From Chloroflexaceae bacterium (GTDB lineage: Bacteria; Chloroflexota; Chloroflexia; Chloroflexales; Chloroflexaceae), in the NCBI GenBank assembly GCA_012032475.1, contig JAAUSY010000002.1, positions 2,106 through 66,105 of the forward strand: DNA of 64,000 bases. The letters are read 5' to 3'. The notes beneath the pieces were generated by a model that worked only from the letters and a program-made list of their open reading frames with translations, searched no databases and had not been told where the DNA came from. Numbering within the stretch: the first letter of the stretch is position 1; each line of letters begins with the position of its first letter. A program made the position numbers and the translations under genes. Shown one piece after another: positions 1 to 8,817 of this stretch.

Positions 1-1303
1 GGAGTATCTGTGCTTCGACCAGGCGCAACAGGGGGGGGAGTGGCTGGCCGGCGGCCCGCAGTTTGCGGATGCTCAGGTCGAACGCGGCGATGTTTTCTTC
101 GAATGCGCCAACACACTCGAAGGGCTTCTGTTCGGCCAGGTTGAGCAACTGGAACGCCGTCTGGGCCAGGTCTTCGCGGGCAAACAGGTCTTCCGAGAAG
201 ATGGTCCGCATGGCGTCGGGTTCCAGGAAGGGAAAGAGCGCGGCATAGACAAACAGACACTTCGGGCAGTTGTGGCACCAGACGTTCTGTTTGAGGCCGC
301 GGTTGCAGCTCCGGAATATGGCGTGGTACGGGGTGAGACGAGCGAACAGGCGGGCAATCTGGAGTTCGTAGAGCGGGCGCAGGAACGAGAAGAAGTCTAC
401 GTCCGGAGCCAGGTAGGTGGCGGCATAGGCCCGAAATTTCTGTTCGAATTCGAATGTTTTGGCGTACTGGTGGTTGATTTCTCGCCCACAGTAGGAGACG
501 TTGCCTTCGTTCGAGCTTCGTTCGTAGGAGACGGCCACCCGGCGATATCCCAACAGCACGGCGCTGGTGACGCTCAGGAAGGCGATGAGGGCAGAAAAGG
601 GGGTGTGCCCGTTGAGGTAGCCTTCGGCATTGAGGCGCAGGAGGGTGTCATCAATGCGGCGCGTGATAACGTGGTCGGCGCGGCAACCACTCACCCGGAC
701 AATGTCTCTGGCCGCTCCCATGGGGTTGAGCGAGAAACACCCGAAAGGGACAGCGTGCTTCTTCAGGGTTTCGATGGTCACAATGGAATCTTTTCCGCCT
801 CCGATGGGCACCAGGATGCGTCCGGGGGAGCCTGACCGCTGCGCGTCTCGCGGCCATATGGGGGGGGCCGCGGTGCCCGGATGGCTAGCGCGGATGGTGA
901 CAAAGTCGGGTGCGGTGAAGGGGATGCGGTTGACGTAGAAGAATTCGGTCATGCCGTTGATGAGCAGGTCGGTCCACCAGGTGCGCTGCCATTCGTCCAG
1001 CGGCCCGGCCTCGACCACAATTTCAGGCGAACAGGTTGCCTTCCAGTAGGAGGGTATTTCCATCAGGCCAAGGTGAAACGCCAGGTTGTTGAGCACTTCC
1101 GGCGGGCACTGTTCCCAGGTGGATGGCGCAATCCCAGGGATGGTGAGGTCGGGATGAAAGATGATGCCTGGTTCGGTTTCGAATTCGAAGCCTATCTTGA
1201 GGGCGTCCCCCGAACGGGACAGGTGGTAGCTCCGGTAGATGAAGCGGGGGTGGCGGGTTCGGAGCGCTGCGAGCGTTTCAGACGTTTCAGGTTGTGCTGT
1301 CAT
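1..1303 (-). CDS. PP-loop ATP pyrophosphatase-like protein, 3' end off window; possible MurL-type peptidoglycan epimerase (hypothesis)
   Basis: Absent from the ORF track because it has no stop in the window. I translated the reverse frame from ATG 1303-1301 to base 2 by hand and found 434 open codons (MTAQPETSETLAALRTRHPRFIYRSY ... LRLVEAQIL). It contains RILVPIGGGKDSIV, an SGGxDS-like PP-loop, and WCHNCPKC. It starts 11 nt after the murC stop. Confidence 0.6.
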   Translation of the reverse strand, partial: MTAQPETSETLAALRTRHPRFIYRSYHLSRSGDALKIGFEFETEPGIIFHPDLTIPGIAPSTWEQCPPEVLNNLAFHLGLMEIPSYWKATCSPEIVVEAGPLDEWQRTWWTDLLINGMTEFFYVNRIPFTAPDFVTIRASHPGTAAPPIWPRDAQRSGSPGRILVPIGGGKDSIVTIETLKKHAVPFGCFSLNPMGAARDIVRVSGCRADHVITRRIDDTLLRLNAEGYLNGHTPFSALIAFLSVTSAVLLGYRRVAVSYERSSNEGNVSYCGREINHQYAKTFEFEQKFRAYAATYLAPDVDFFSFLRPLYELQIARLFARLTPYHAIFRSCNRGLKQNVWCHNCPKCLFVYAALFPFLEPDAMRTIFSEDLFAREDLAQTAFQLLNLAEQKPFECVGAFEENIAAFDLSIRKLRAAGQPLPPLLRLVEAQIL

Positions 1304-1314
1304 TTCATTTCAGG

Positions 1315-2721
1315 TCAGGTCAGTTCAGGGTCTTGCAGCAGTGCTTCCCCGATGCGGTAGCCATCGCCTGCGCCGAGCGTGATGAAGACGTCGCCCTCGC
1401 GCAGTTTGGCCCGCACCGCAGCAATGGCCGCCGATATGGACCCTGCGGAGTTGACGTCGGGGTGCGATGCCGCAATGCGAGCCACGAGGTCCGCTACGAT
1501 GGTTTCGGGCGTGGTATCGTCAGGGCACACCTCGCGGGATGGGTAGATGTCGCCTATCAGCACCGCATCGGCGTCGGCAAAGGCCGCTCCCCACGGCTCC
1601 AGCAGCGCGAGGGTGCGGCTATAGGTATGGGGTTGGAGGTAGACCAGGATGCGCCGCGAGCCGTACCGCTCCCGTGCTGCGGCGAGGGTGGCCCGAACTT
1701 CGGTCGGGTGGTGCGCATAGTCGTCAATGATGGTCACGCCCCCGACACTGCCCTTCTGCTCGAAGCGACGTGCGGTGCCGTGGAAGGTGCGCAAGGCCTG
1801 GGCAACCACACCGGTCTCCAGGTTCAGGGTATCTGCCACGGCCACAGCCGCCAGTGCATTCTGGATGTTGTGTCGGCCTGGAATAGTGAGGCCCCAGCGG
1901 TCACCCAGGCGCTGCCCGCCTTTGAAGACGGTGAAACAGGTTCCGGCGTTTTCGGTGGGGGAGACGGGAGGCTCCGGTTCGGATGCGATGACGACGGCGC
2001 GATAGTCGTTCGCTTCGTTGAAGCCGTAGGTCCGCAGTCGCTCACCGCTGTTTTCCAGCGATACCCGCCACCGGGCGTTGCTTTCGGTGTCTCCGCAGGT
2101 GAACACCATGCGACGGACCTGGGAGGCAAACATACGAAAGGCGGTGTGGTAGTCGGCTTCGCACGGGTACAGGTCGGGGTGGTCCCAGTCTACCACGGTC
2201 ACGATGGCGAGGTCCGGGGTGAGCGACAGAAAGGCGTAGTCATATTCGTCGGCCTCAATGACCAGGGGGGCATCCGGGTGGCCCCAGCAGGCGTTGGACG
2301 GCAGATCGGCGGGGGCACTGCCGATGAGGAAACCAGGGTTGAGGCCAGCCCGATGCAGCACCCAGGCGACCATGGCCGTTGTGGTGGTTTTTCCATGGGA
2401 GCCAGCGATGGCAATCACCGGGCGCTGCTGCGACCATTCCTTCCAGAGGTCGGTGCGCTTGAGCACTGGAATGCCTGCCCGGCGGGCTGCGACGAGTTCG
2501 GGGTGTTCTGGCCTGACGGCAGCGGTCGCCAGCAGCGCTTCCGCTCCGACCACGTGGGACAGGTGGTGCCCGACGTGGATAGTTGCTCCCCGCGCCTGGA
2601 GTGCTGCGGTCAGCCGGTTGGCTTCCAGGTCGGAGCCGCTGACGTGGTGCCCCTGGTCAAGGAGGATGCTGGCGATAGCGCTCATTCCTGCCCCGGCGAT
2701 GCCAACGATGTGATAATGCAC
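1315..2721 (-). CDS. murC: UDP-N-acetylmuramate--L-alanine ligase
   Basis: 468 aa with a GTG start. The N-terminus MHYHIVGIAGAGMSAIASILLDQGHHVSGSD, the Mur ligase P-loop IAIAGSHGKTTTT and the C-terminal IIDDYAHHPTE are typical of MurC. Confidence 0.9.
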   Translation of the reverse strand: MHYHIVGIAGAGMSAIASILLDQGHHVSGSDLEANRLTAALQARGATIHVGHHLSHVVGAEALLATAAVRPEHPELVAARRAGIPVLKRTDLWKEWSQQRPVIAIAGSHGKTTTTAMVAWVLHRAGLNPGFLIGSAPADLPSNACWGHPDAPLVIEADEYDYAFLSLTPDLAIVTVVDWDHPDLYPCEADYHTAFRMFASQVRRMVFTCGDTESNARWRVSLENSGERLRTYGFNEANDYRAVVIASEPEPPVSPTENAGTCFTVFKGGQRLGDRWGLTIPGRHNIQNALAAVAVADTLNLETGVVAQALRTFHGTARRFEQKGSVGGVTIIDDYAHHPTEVRATLAAARERYGSRRILVYLQPHTYSRTLALLEPWGAAFADADAVLIGDIYPSREVCPDDTTPETIVADLVARIAASHPDVNSAGSISAAIAAVRAKLREGDVFITLGAGDGYRIGEALLQDPELT

Positions 2722-2778
2722 CGATGATTCCTTTTGAGCTATACTTGATTGGCTGGTACCCCGACGACGGGGCCGGCG

Positions 2779-3165
2779 CTACGCCCACCCAAGGTCATCT
2801 TCCTTCTTTTTGCCGCTGCCGGTCCCGCCGTCCTCACCTTCGCTGCCAAGCTCTTCTTCGATCATCTGTTCAACCATTTCGTCCCAATCTTCGCCGGCCT
2901 CCTCGCCCAGTTCCTTGCCCATCCGGCGCGCCCACTGCGCAATGGAGCGCGGGTCGTTTTCGTCCAGTCCCCCAAAATTCGATGGATCGGCAAGCGCTTC
3001 CATTCGCGCTTCCTCCGACTTGAGCGGAGCAAAGCGCGAAATAGCGCGGCGGAGATGGACCCCCTGACAGCGCGGACAGGCCAGCCCTTCCGGGTCGTGA
3101 AACCCCCGAACCAGCTTCTGGAAGCGACCGTGGCAGTCCCCACACACATATTCATAGATTGGCAC
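2779..3165 (-). CDS. FmdB-family zinc-ribbon putative regulatory protein
   Basis: 128 aa. MPIYEYVCGDCHGRF...LACPRCQG gives the CxxC...CxxC zinc ribbon. The C-terminal tail is acidic. Confidence 0.8.
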   Translation of the reverse strand: MPIYEYVCGDCHGRFQKLVRGFHDPEGLACPRCQGVHLRRAISRFAPLKSEEARMEALADPSNFGGLDENDPRSIAQWARRMGKELGEEAGEDWDEMVEQMIEEELGSEGEDGGTGSGKKKEDDLGWA

Positions 3166-3209
3166 CGGTTCTTCTCCCTCCTATTCCAAACCAGACCTTC
3201 GTCCGTTCT

Positions 3210-3701
3210 TTATTTATCCCCCTCGCGGAGGTTCTTGATAGCTCTCGGCAGCCGGGCCAGCACATCACTTGCCAGGGTTCCGGCTTCTCCTAATTCGTCC
3301 CGCACCATTGCCCCCGCCGCAGCGTGGAGAAAGACCCCAAGCACGGCAGCATCGAACAGGGACAACCCCTGCGCCAGCAAGCCCGCAATAGCTCCCGCCA
3401 GCACATCGCCGGTGCCAGCCGTGGCAAGGGATGGGTTCCCACCAGCATGCACGACGCTTCGTCCATCGGGGGCGGCCACCACCGTAGTGGCTCCCTTGAG
3501 CACGACCACCTGCTTCCAGCGCACCGCGGCATCGGTGGCAACCTCCACCACGTCCGGTTCCAGGTGCCCAGTTCCGAGCAACCGCTTCATCTCGCCGGGG
3601 TGCGGCGTCAGGACAAACCGCTCTGCTGGCAGGTGTGTTGCCCACGCCTCAATCTCGCTGAGGATGTTCAAGGCATCGGCGTCGAGCACCGTGGGTGGCA
3701 A
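3210..3701 (-). CDS. nnr: NAD(P)H-hydrate dehydratase domain, C-terminal fragment of a split nnr
   Basis: VLDADALNIL ... ATAGTGDVLAGAIAGLLAQG is the YjeF_C carbohydrate-kinase-like domain. The frame stays open upstream to at least 3962 through a Gly/Ser-rich stretch. It is out of frame with the N-terminal piece. Confidence 0.75.
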   Translation of the reverse strand: MPPTVLDADALNILSEIEAWATHLPAERFVLTPHPGEMKRLLGTGHLEPDVVEVATDAAVRWKQVVVLKGATTVVAAPDGRSVVHAGGNPSLATAGTGDVLAGAIAGLLAQGLSLFDAAVLGVFLHAAAGAMVRDELGEAGTLASDVLARLPRAIKNLREGDK

Positions 3702-3835
3702 GGACCCGGACCCGAATCCGGACCCGTCCTGCGCGGCTTCTGCCCCGGCCTCCTGCCCCTGAGAGGGGGATTCGCCCGTGGACTCGGCGTCCGTACCGGT
3801 TCGATTCGGGCGAAAGCCAGCGGCTCCTTTCTTGC

Positions 3836-5032
3836 CTATCGCACTGCGCCCCCTCCGGAGGGTGGGGCTTCTGTCCGGTGCGTTTCCCCATCCTGGCCTC
3901 CTGCCACCACCGGGTGAAACCCGACTGGCGGCTGTGAGTCGGACAGGTTCATCCCAAGCAGCGCCTGAAGAAACAGACGCGTGCCTTTTTCCTTGCCCAG
4001 GCCGGGGCCTATCAGCAAGGCCTGATAGTTGACGAACTGGTTCAACACCTCTTTCGCGGCCTCCAGGCCGGGGGTACCGACATCGGCTTCGGGCAGGGGG
4101 AGCAAAGTCACTTCGGGACCACGCCCGGTCAGCACCATAATGCTGCGGGCCGCAGCGAGCGTGACCAGCCCGGCCCCCACCCGCCCGGCTCCTCCAGTTG
4201 CCAGGGCTGCGGCTCCAGGGTAGTGGAGCGACCCGGCCACCACCAGCACCTTCCCAAAGGTTCCTTTGTGCGCATCCGCCGGACGGGCCGGGAGCAACCC
4301 GCGTACTCGTTCATCGTTCATGATTTCACTCATCGTCGTCTCCAGATAGGCCGGGGGGATGCCAATATCCACAACGGTGACCCTGCCTGTGCAGTGCTTT
4401 CCAGGGTAGAGCATCACACCCCGCTTGGCTAAGCCGGTTGCCACGGTGACATCGGCCCGGACCGCCACCCCCATCACCACCCCGGTATCCGAGTGGACCC
4501 CCGTTGGGACATCTACGGCGACCACGGATATTGGGGATTCCTGGTTTCTGGAGGCATTGACGGTCTCAACAATGGTAGCAAGTTTCCCGGCAACGACGCG
4601 GCTGATTCCCATCCCCAACAGGGCGTCTATCACCAGGTCGGTTTCTGCCAGGAGGCTCCGCAGCCGGCGGCAACCGCGGTCTTCGGTGGCCTGGGTTTCA
4701 GCCAGACGGCGCTGGCGGCAATAGTGCCAGTTCTGGTCTTGCTCGCGATATTCGCGCCCCCAGACATAGAGCGATACGCAGAAACCGGCGTCGTGCAGGT
4801 GGCGGGCCGCTACCAGTCCATCACCGCCGTTATTGCCGGGACCAATCAAAGCCAGCACCCGCCACTTGCGGGATGCTCCCGGCAGGCGCAGCACCTCCCG
4901 CGCCACGCCGGTTCCGGCCCGTTCCATCAGGCCAGACCAGCTTGCCCCGGCGTCTACGGCTGCCTGTTCCAGGTGGCGCATCTGGCTGGTTGTGACCAGG
5001 CAGGTTGAAAGGCGGTGAGCCTCATTCATCAC
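3836..5032 (-). CDS. nnr: NAD(P)H-hydrate epimerase (YjeF_N) plus the start of the dehydratase domain, N-terminal fragment of a split nnr
   Basis: LALIGPGNNGGDGLVAARHL marks YjeF_N. AHKGTFGKVLVVAGS...LLIGPGLG marks the start of YjeF_C. The ORF ends at TAG 3838-3836 before the expected VLDADAL motif. Confidence 0.8.
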   Translation of the reverse strand: MMNEAHRLSTCLVTTSQMRHLEQAAVDAGASWSGLMERAGTGVAREVLRLPGASRKWRVLALIGPGNNGGDGLVAARHLHDAGFCVSLYVWGREYREQDQNWHYCRQRRLAETQATEDRGCRRLRSLLAETDLVIDALLGMGISRVVAGKLATIVETVNASRNQESPISVVAVDVPTGVHSDTGVVMGVAVRADVTVATGLAKRGVMLYPGKHCTGRVTVVDIGIPPAYLETTMSEIMNDERVRGLLPARPADAHKGTFGKVLVVAGSLHYPGAAALATGGAGRVGAGLVTLAAARSIMVLTGRGPEVTLLPLPEADVGTPGLEAAKEVLNQFVNYQALLIGPGLGKEKGTRLFLQALLGMNLSDSQPPVGFHPVVAGGQDGETHRTEAPPSGGGAVR

Positions 5033-5054
5033 GGATTGATCATCCTCTTGCTAT

Positions 5055-6536
5055 TCACCATACCCGTTCCTCTCTTTTGCATACGCCTACCGGTGATCGT
5101 ATCGTCACTCGACGGGTTGCTCTGCCCGGGGCGTGATGGCTCCCAAGCAGCGAAACTTCCGTCACCCGCGAGTCGTAGTCGTGGCCGTTGGCATAGATTT
5201 CAATGCGCCACAGGTAGCGGGTCGTGGGCAGCCACTCCGGGTCGCGGAGTTCAATATGCAGGCGATACCACTCGTACCGCTCAGCGCGGTAGTAGGTCAC
5301 GCCCGGCGCACGCTCAGGCTCCTGGGTCGGGTCGTCGCTCGTATAGACGCAGATAACGCGTTCGCGCTCCGGGTCGGTCGGGGTCTTCTCTTTAGTCGTA
5401 AAGCGAATCATAATCGGGCATTCTGAGCCACGTTCTCCCGCCAATTCCACCGATTGGTAGAGGATGCGCACCCACGCCGAAAAGACCAGGGAGCGATATT
5501 CTGAGATATCCACGCCCCCTCCGTGGGAGCCGAGTTCCTGGTAAATGCCGGTGGCAAAGCTCCTGGTCTGGCGGTTTCCGCGAATAAACCACGCCGCTAT
5601 CTGCCGCTCGTCGGACGAACAGTTGTTGTCCTTCTGGGGTGGCGGACACCCGTGCGACAGACGGAAGAAACCCGAAGCCCCGGATTCCTCCGGGCCGCTG
5701 AACACGGTCCAGGTTCGGGCCCTGGGCAGGGTGGGCTGGTCTGGTATCGTCGTATTGTTATATTCTTCCTCGGTATACTGGCGGAAGTCGCCATCGCGGA
5801 CCAGTTCCCAGATGGCCGTCACCGGGGGGGAAAGGTTGCCAGATGGGTCTATCACGACCTGCTCACCAGCGGCAATGGGCACGACCTGCTCGCCCACCCG
5901 GACGACCGCAACTCCAGAGCGCACCGCGGCATTCGTAGTGGTGAGGCGTTCGGCTTCCTGCCCAATCATCCGCACCTGCCGGTTGGATGAGGTGATTTCA
6001 ATGCTGTAGCTGCCCCCCGGGACCAGGTCAATCCAGGCATCGCCAACCCGCACCCGAAAGGTCACCTGCTGGTAGGGCTGGTCGTTGCGCAGGTCATACC
6101 GCACATAGCCGTTGAACTGGCGCAGCACCACCGTTTGCTCCAGGGTGTTCCAGCGCGTGGTCTGAAGCTCTTCCAGGAGCAGGTCCGTCCTGGCCCACAT
6201 ATCAATGGTGCTCTGGTCGAAGAGCCGCATTGTTGCCACCTGCCCGTACCCGGCCGAGCTTGCAATGCGCACCCGGTCGCCCATACTGAGGGTCTGCCCG
6301 TCGCGGGCCTGCTCAAAGATGGTATGCCCCTTTCGCTGCCAGGTGACCCATTCGACCGGAGCACGAATCAGCAGGGTACTGGCCTGGGCAATTGTGGAAT
6401 GGGTGCGGTAATACCAGACGCCGTACCCGACCGAGGCGAGCAGCGAACAAAACACCCCGAAGGCCGCCAGCAGCGTGGCCCAGGCAAGCTGCAAGCTGCG
6501 ATGCCGATAGTCCTGCGTCAGAGTCATGAGCGTCAT
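5055..6536 (-). CDS. membrane-anchored hypothetical protein, FecR-like N-terminal region
   Basis: 493 aa with one N-terminal TM helix (LAWATLLAAFGVFCSLLASVGYGVWYY). A FecR-like beta segment follows. The start has an ATGA overlap with the upstream ROK gene. Function unknown. Confidence 0.6.
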   Translation of the reverse strand: MTLMTLTQDYRHRSLQLAWATLLAAFGVFCSLLASVGYGVWYYRTHSTIAQASTLLIRAPVEWVTWQRKGHTIFEQARDGQTLSMGDRVRIASSAGYGQVATMRLFDQSTIDMWARTDLLLEELQTTRWNTLEQTVVLRQFNGYVRYDLRNDQPYQQVTFRVRVGDAWIDLVPGGSYSIEITSSNRQVRMIGQEAERLTTTNAAVRSGVAVVRVGEQVVPIAAGEQVVIDPSGNLSPPVTAIWELVRDGDFRQYTEEEYNNTTIPDQPTLPRARTWTVFSGPEESGASGFFRLSHGCPPPQKDNNCSSDERQIAAWFIRGNRQTRSFATGIYQELGSHGGGVDISEYRSLVFSAWVRILYQSVELAGERGSECPIMIRFTTKEKTPTDPERERVICVYTSDDPTQEPERAPGVTYYRAERYEWYRLHIELRDPEWLPTTRYLWRIEIYANGHDYDSRVTEVSLLGSHHAPGRATRRVTIRSPVGVCKREERVW

Positions 6537-7468
6537 GGCTGCATCTTCCCCATCAGCAGGGAGGCCGCTCCGAGGATGCCCACATGGCTACCCAGGTGGG
6601 CGACTTCAATGGGCACCTCGCGGTAGATATTGGCAATGACCCGCTCCTGTACCACCTCGCGGGCCTGGCGGAGCAACCACGGGTTGGCCGTGACCACGCT
6701 GCCACCCACCAGGATGATTTCGGGGCTGAAGAGGTGGAGAATGCTGACAAACCCAACCCCAAGGAATTCAGCCTCCCGCTGCATCAATGTCTGGGCAACC
6801 TGGTCACCACAGGTTGCCGCCGACGCGACATCCGCGGCGGTGACGGTCTGGGGAGTGGCAATCCCGTGCAGCAGCGTGTGGGGGTGGGTCTGCATCGCCT
6901 CAGCCGCGGCCCGCTTCAGGGCCGTTCCGGATGCCAGTTGCTCCCATGAAGTTCTCCCCGGCACCCCGACCATCATGTGCCCCAACTCTGCGCCGCACCC
7001 GGCCCGCCCCAGGAGCAACTTGCCCCCGATAATAACGCCAGAACCGATACCCGTGCTGACGGTGATATAGACCATGTGGGAATACCCCCGCCCGCCGCCA
7101 AAGTACCATTCTCCCAGAGCGGCGGCATTGGCGTCGTTGGCAAGCTCGACGGGCAGGCCAGTGCGTTCGCTCAGGATCGCCCGAAGCGGGACATCCTTCC
7201 AGCCGGCCAGGTTCGGGGTCGTAAAGACGATGCCAGCCACCGGGTCGAGGGGGCCAGGACACCCGACTCCGATCCCGACCAATCGCCCACCTTCAGGGAT
7301 TTGCGCCCGCAGCCAGGCAACATAGGTTTCAACCTGGTCAATGATGGGCTGTGGGCCGTGCAGGGCATCGGTCGGGCCACGCCGTTCGGCTTGAATACGC
7401 CCCTCGTGGTCAACCAGGGCGGCCCGAACCTGGGTCCCTCCGATATCCACCCCAATGCAATAGTTCAT
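6533..7468 (-). CDS. ROK-family sugar kinase (glucokinase-like)
   Basis: MNYCIGVDIGGTQVRAALVD, GCPGPLD and VELANDANAAALGE are ROK motifs. I prefer ATG 7468, which has GGAAGGGG upstream, over the track start at 7510. Confidence 0.85.
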   Translation of the reverse strand: MNYCIGVDIGGTQVRAALVDHEGRIQAERRGPTDALHGPQPIIDQVETYVAWLRAQIPEGGRLVGIGVGCPGPLDPVAGIVFTTPNLAGWKDVPLRAILSERTGLPVELANDANAAALGEWYFGGGRGYSHMVYITVSTGIGSGVIIGGKLLLGRAGCGAELGHMMVGVPGRTSWEQLASGTALKRAAAEAMQTHPHTLLHGIATPQTVTAADVASAATCGDQVAQTLMQREAEFLGVGFVSILHLFSPEIILVGGSVVTANPWLLRQAREVVQERVIANIYREVPIEVAHLGSHVGILGAASLLMGKMQP

Positions 7469-7535
7469 GGCAATAGCCCCTTCCAGGGAACCGGGCGAAC
7501 GATGCTCCAATTATAACACGGCTGTCTTTCCCATG

Positions 7536-7576
7536 GTGCCGGGGTGTCGGGGTGCCGGGGCGTCGGGGCGTCGGGG
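7536..7576 (+). repeat. five tandem 8-nt G-rich units (GGGG-N4 x5), G-quadruplex-type motif
   Basis: The sequence is gtgccGGGGtgtcGGGGtgccGGGGcgtcGGGGcgtcGGGG. The GGGG runs are at 7541, 7549, 7557, 7565 and 7573. A T6 run follows at 7581-7586. Confidence 0.8.
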
Positions 7577-7682
7577 AGATTTTTTGCTCAGGCAAAGGCC
7601 CAAAGGGGAACCATTCCGAGTTGCGGTCGCCGCCGCGCAGGCAGGGAGTTGCCACCTGACCCTCATATCAGACCCTCATCGT

Positions 7683-8792
7683 TCACCGCACGGTATAGGA
7701 TGATGCCCCGCTGCTGCGCTGAATCTGCTCCAGGCGGGTGTCGAAGGCGGCACGGGCCTGGGCAAAGAGGGCCGTGGCATCCTGAAAGCGCAGCGCGGCA
7801 AGGTTGGCGTATTCGACCTGGTAGCCGCCATAGAATTCGACCATCGAGTCAATTGCCTCCATCTCAAGCTCCAACCCGGCCACATAGTCGGCGTGGGCCT
7901 GGCTCAATTCCTGCGGGGGGTCCATATTGAGCAGGAGAGTGTGGGACTGTTCGATACTGGTGCGGTAGTTCTGGGCCGCCGCCGCATGGACGATGGTGGT
8001 GCTGCCGGGGCGGCCCGTTGCCGAACGATAGGTCTCAACCGCATCGCGGAGCTGCTGGCGGATGGTTTGCAACTGCCCCAGGTAGTGAATGGTTCTGCTC
8101 TCGCGGATGGGGGCCGGTTCGGCATTCAGGATAGGGATGGCCGTTGGTCTGGCAGGGCGGATGGTTGGCATAGAGACGACCAGGGGCCTGGGTATCTCTG
8201 GCTCCTCGGCAATGGCCGGAACCGTCGGGATGACCGGCGGGAGGGGTTGGTTTTGCTCCAGCGCGATGGTAAAGGTCTGGTGGAGCAGCAGCGCGAGGAA
8301 GAGCAAAATCAGGGGGACGCTCCACAAAAGCAGCCCGACCCGGCGCATGTCTCGCCGCACCTGCCGCCAGTTGACCCACCAGGATTCGCCGTGTTCGCGG
8401 GCTTTGCGCTGCGTGACTGGTTCGCCAACCTTCACATCGAGCAGCGGGGCAGGCTGCGGAGACCCTTTGAGCAACTGCCGTTCTTCGAGCCAGCGCAACC
8501 CCTGGCGGGCACGTTCGTTGGCCGGGTTGAGTTTGAGCACCGATTGCAGGCAGAAGGCAATCTGGTGAGGGTCGTCTATCACGCCGCTCAGCCAGAGCCA
8601 TGCCCCTTCGTTGTTCGGGTCAAGCTGCACCGAGCGGGTGAGCAGGCCCGCTGCCACGCGCCGCTGCCCGCCGCGTGCGGCTGCCACGCCGCGCTGGTAG
8701 AGCCTGGTTGCCTCGGCAGTGTTGGCCCTGACCCCTTTTTCGGTTGGTTCGCCGGGTGGTTGCTCCACCCTGGAAAGTCGTGATGTCGTCAT
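7683..8792 (-). CDS. TPR-repeat protein with one transmembrane segment
   Basis: 369 aa. The N-terminal region is TPR-like (LYQRGVAAARGGQRRVAAGLLTRSVQLDPNNEGAWLWL...LKLNPANERARQGL). A TM helix follows (VGLLLWSVPLILLFLALLL). Confidence 0.7.
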   Translation of the reverse strand: MTTSRLSRVEQPPGEPTEKGVRANTAEATRLYQRGVAAARGGQRRVAAGLLTRSVQLDPNNEGAWLWLSGVIDDPHQIAFCLQSVLKLNPANERARQGLRWLEERQLLKGSPQPAPLLDVKVGEPVTQRKAREHGESWWVNWRQVRRDMRRVGLLLWSVPLILLFLALLLHQTFTIALEQNQPLPPVIPTVPAIAEEPEIPRPLVVSMPTIRPARPTAIPILNAEPAPIRESRTIHYLGQLQTIRQQLRDAVETYRSATGRPGSTTIVHAAAAQNYRTSIEQSHTLLLNMDPPQELSQAHADYVAGLELEMEAIDSMVEFYGGYQVEYANLAALRFQDATALFAQARAAFDTRLEQIQRSSGASSYTVR

Positions 8793-8817
8793 CAGTCGTG
8801 CCTTCGTTCTGGTTCGG

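Noticed and set aside
1294-2727. Very long ORFs antisense to real genes. Examples are 1294-2727 +, 9385-10545 +, 13389-14531 -, 22857-23975 -, 38950-39984 -, 47213-48898 + and 53410-54552 -.
   Set aside because: Their translations are Arg/Gly/Pro-rich low-complexity sequence with no family motifs. The opposite strand encodes clearly recognisable proteins in each case. These are typical shadow ORFs of a high-GC genome.
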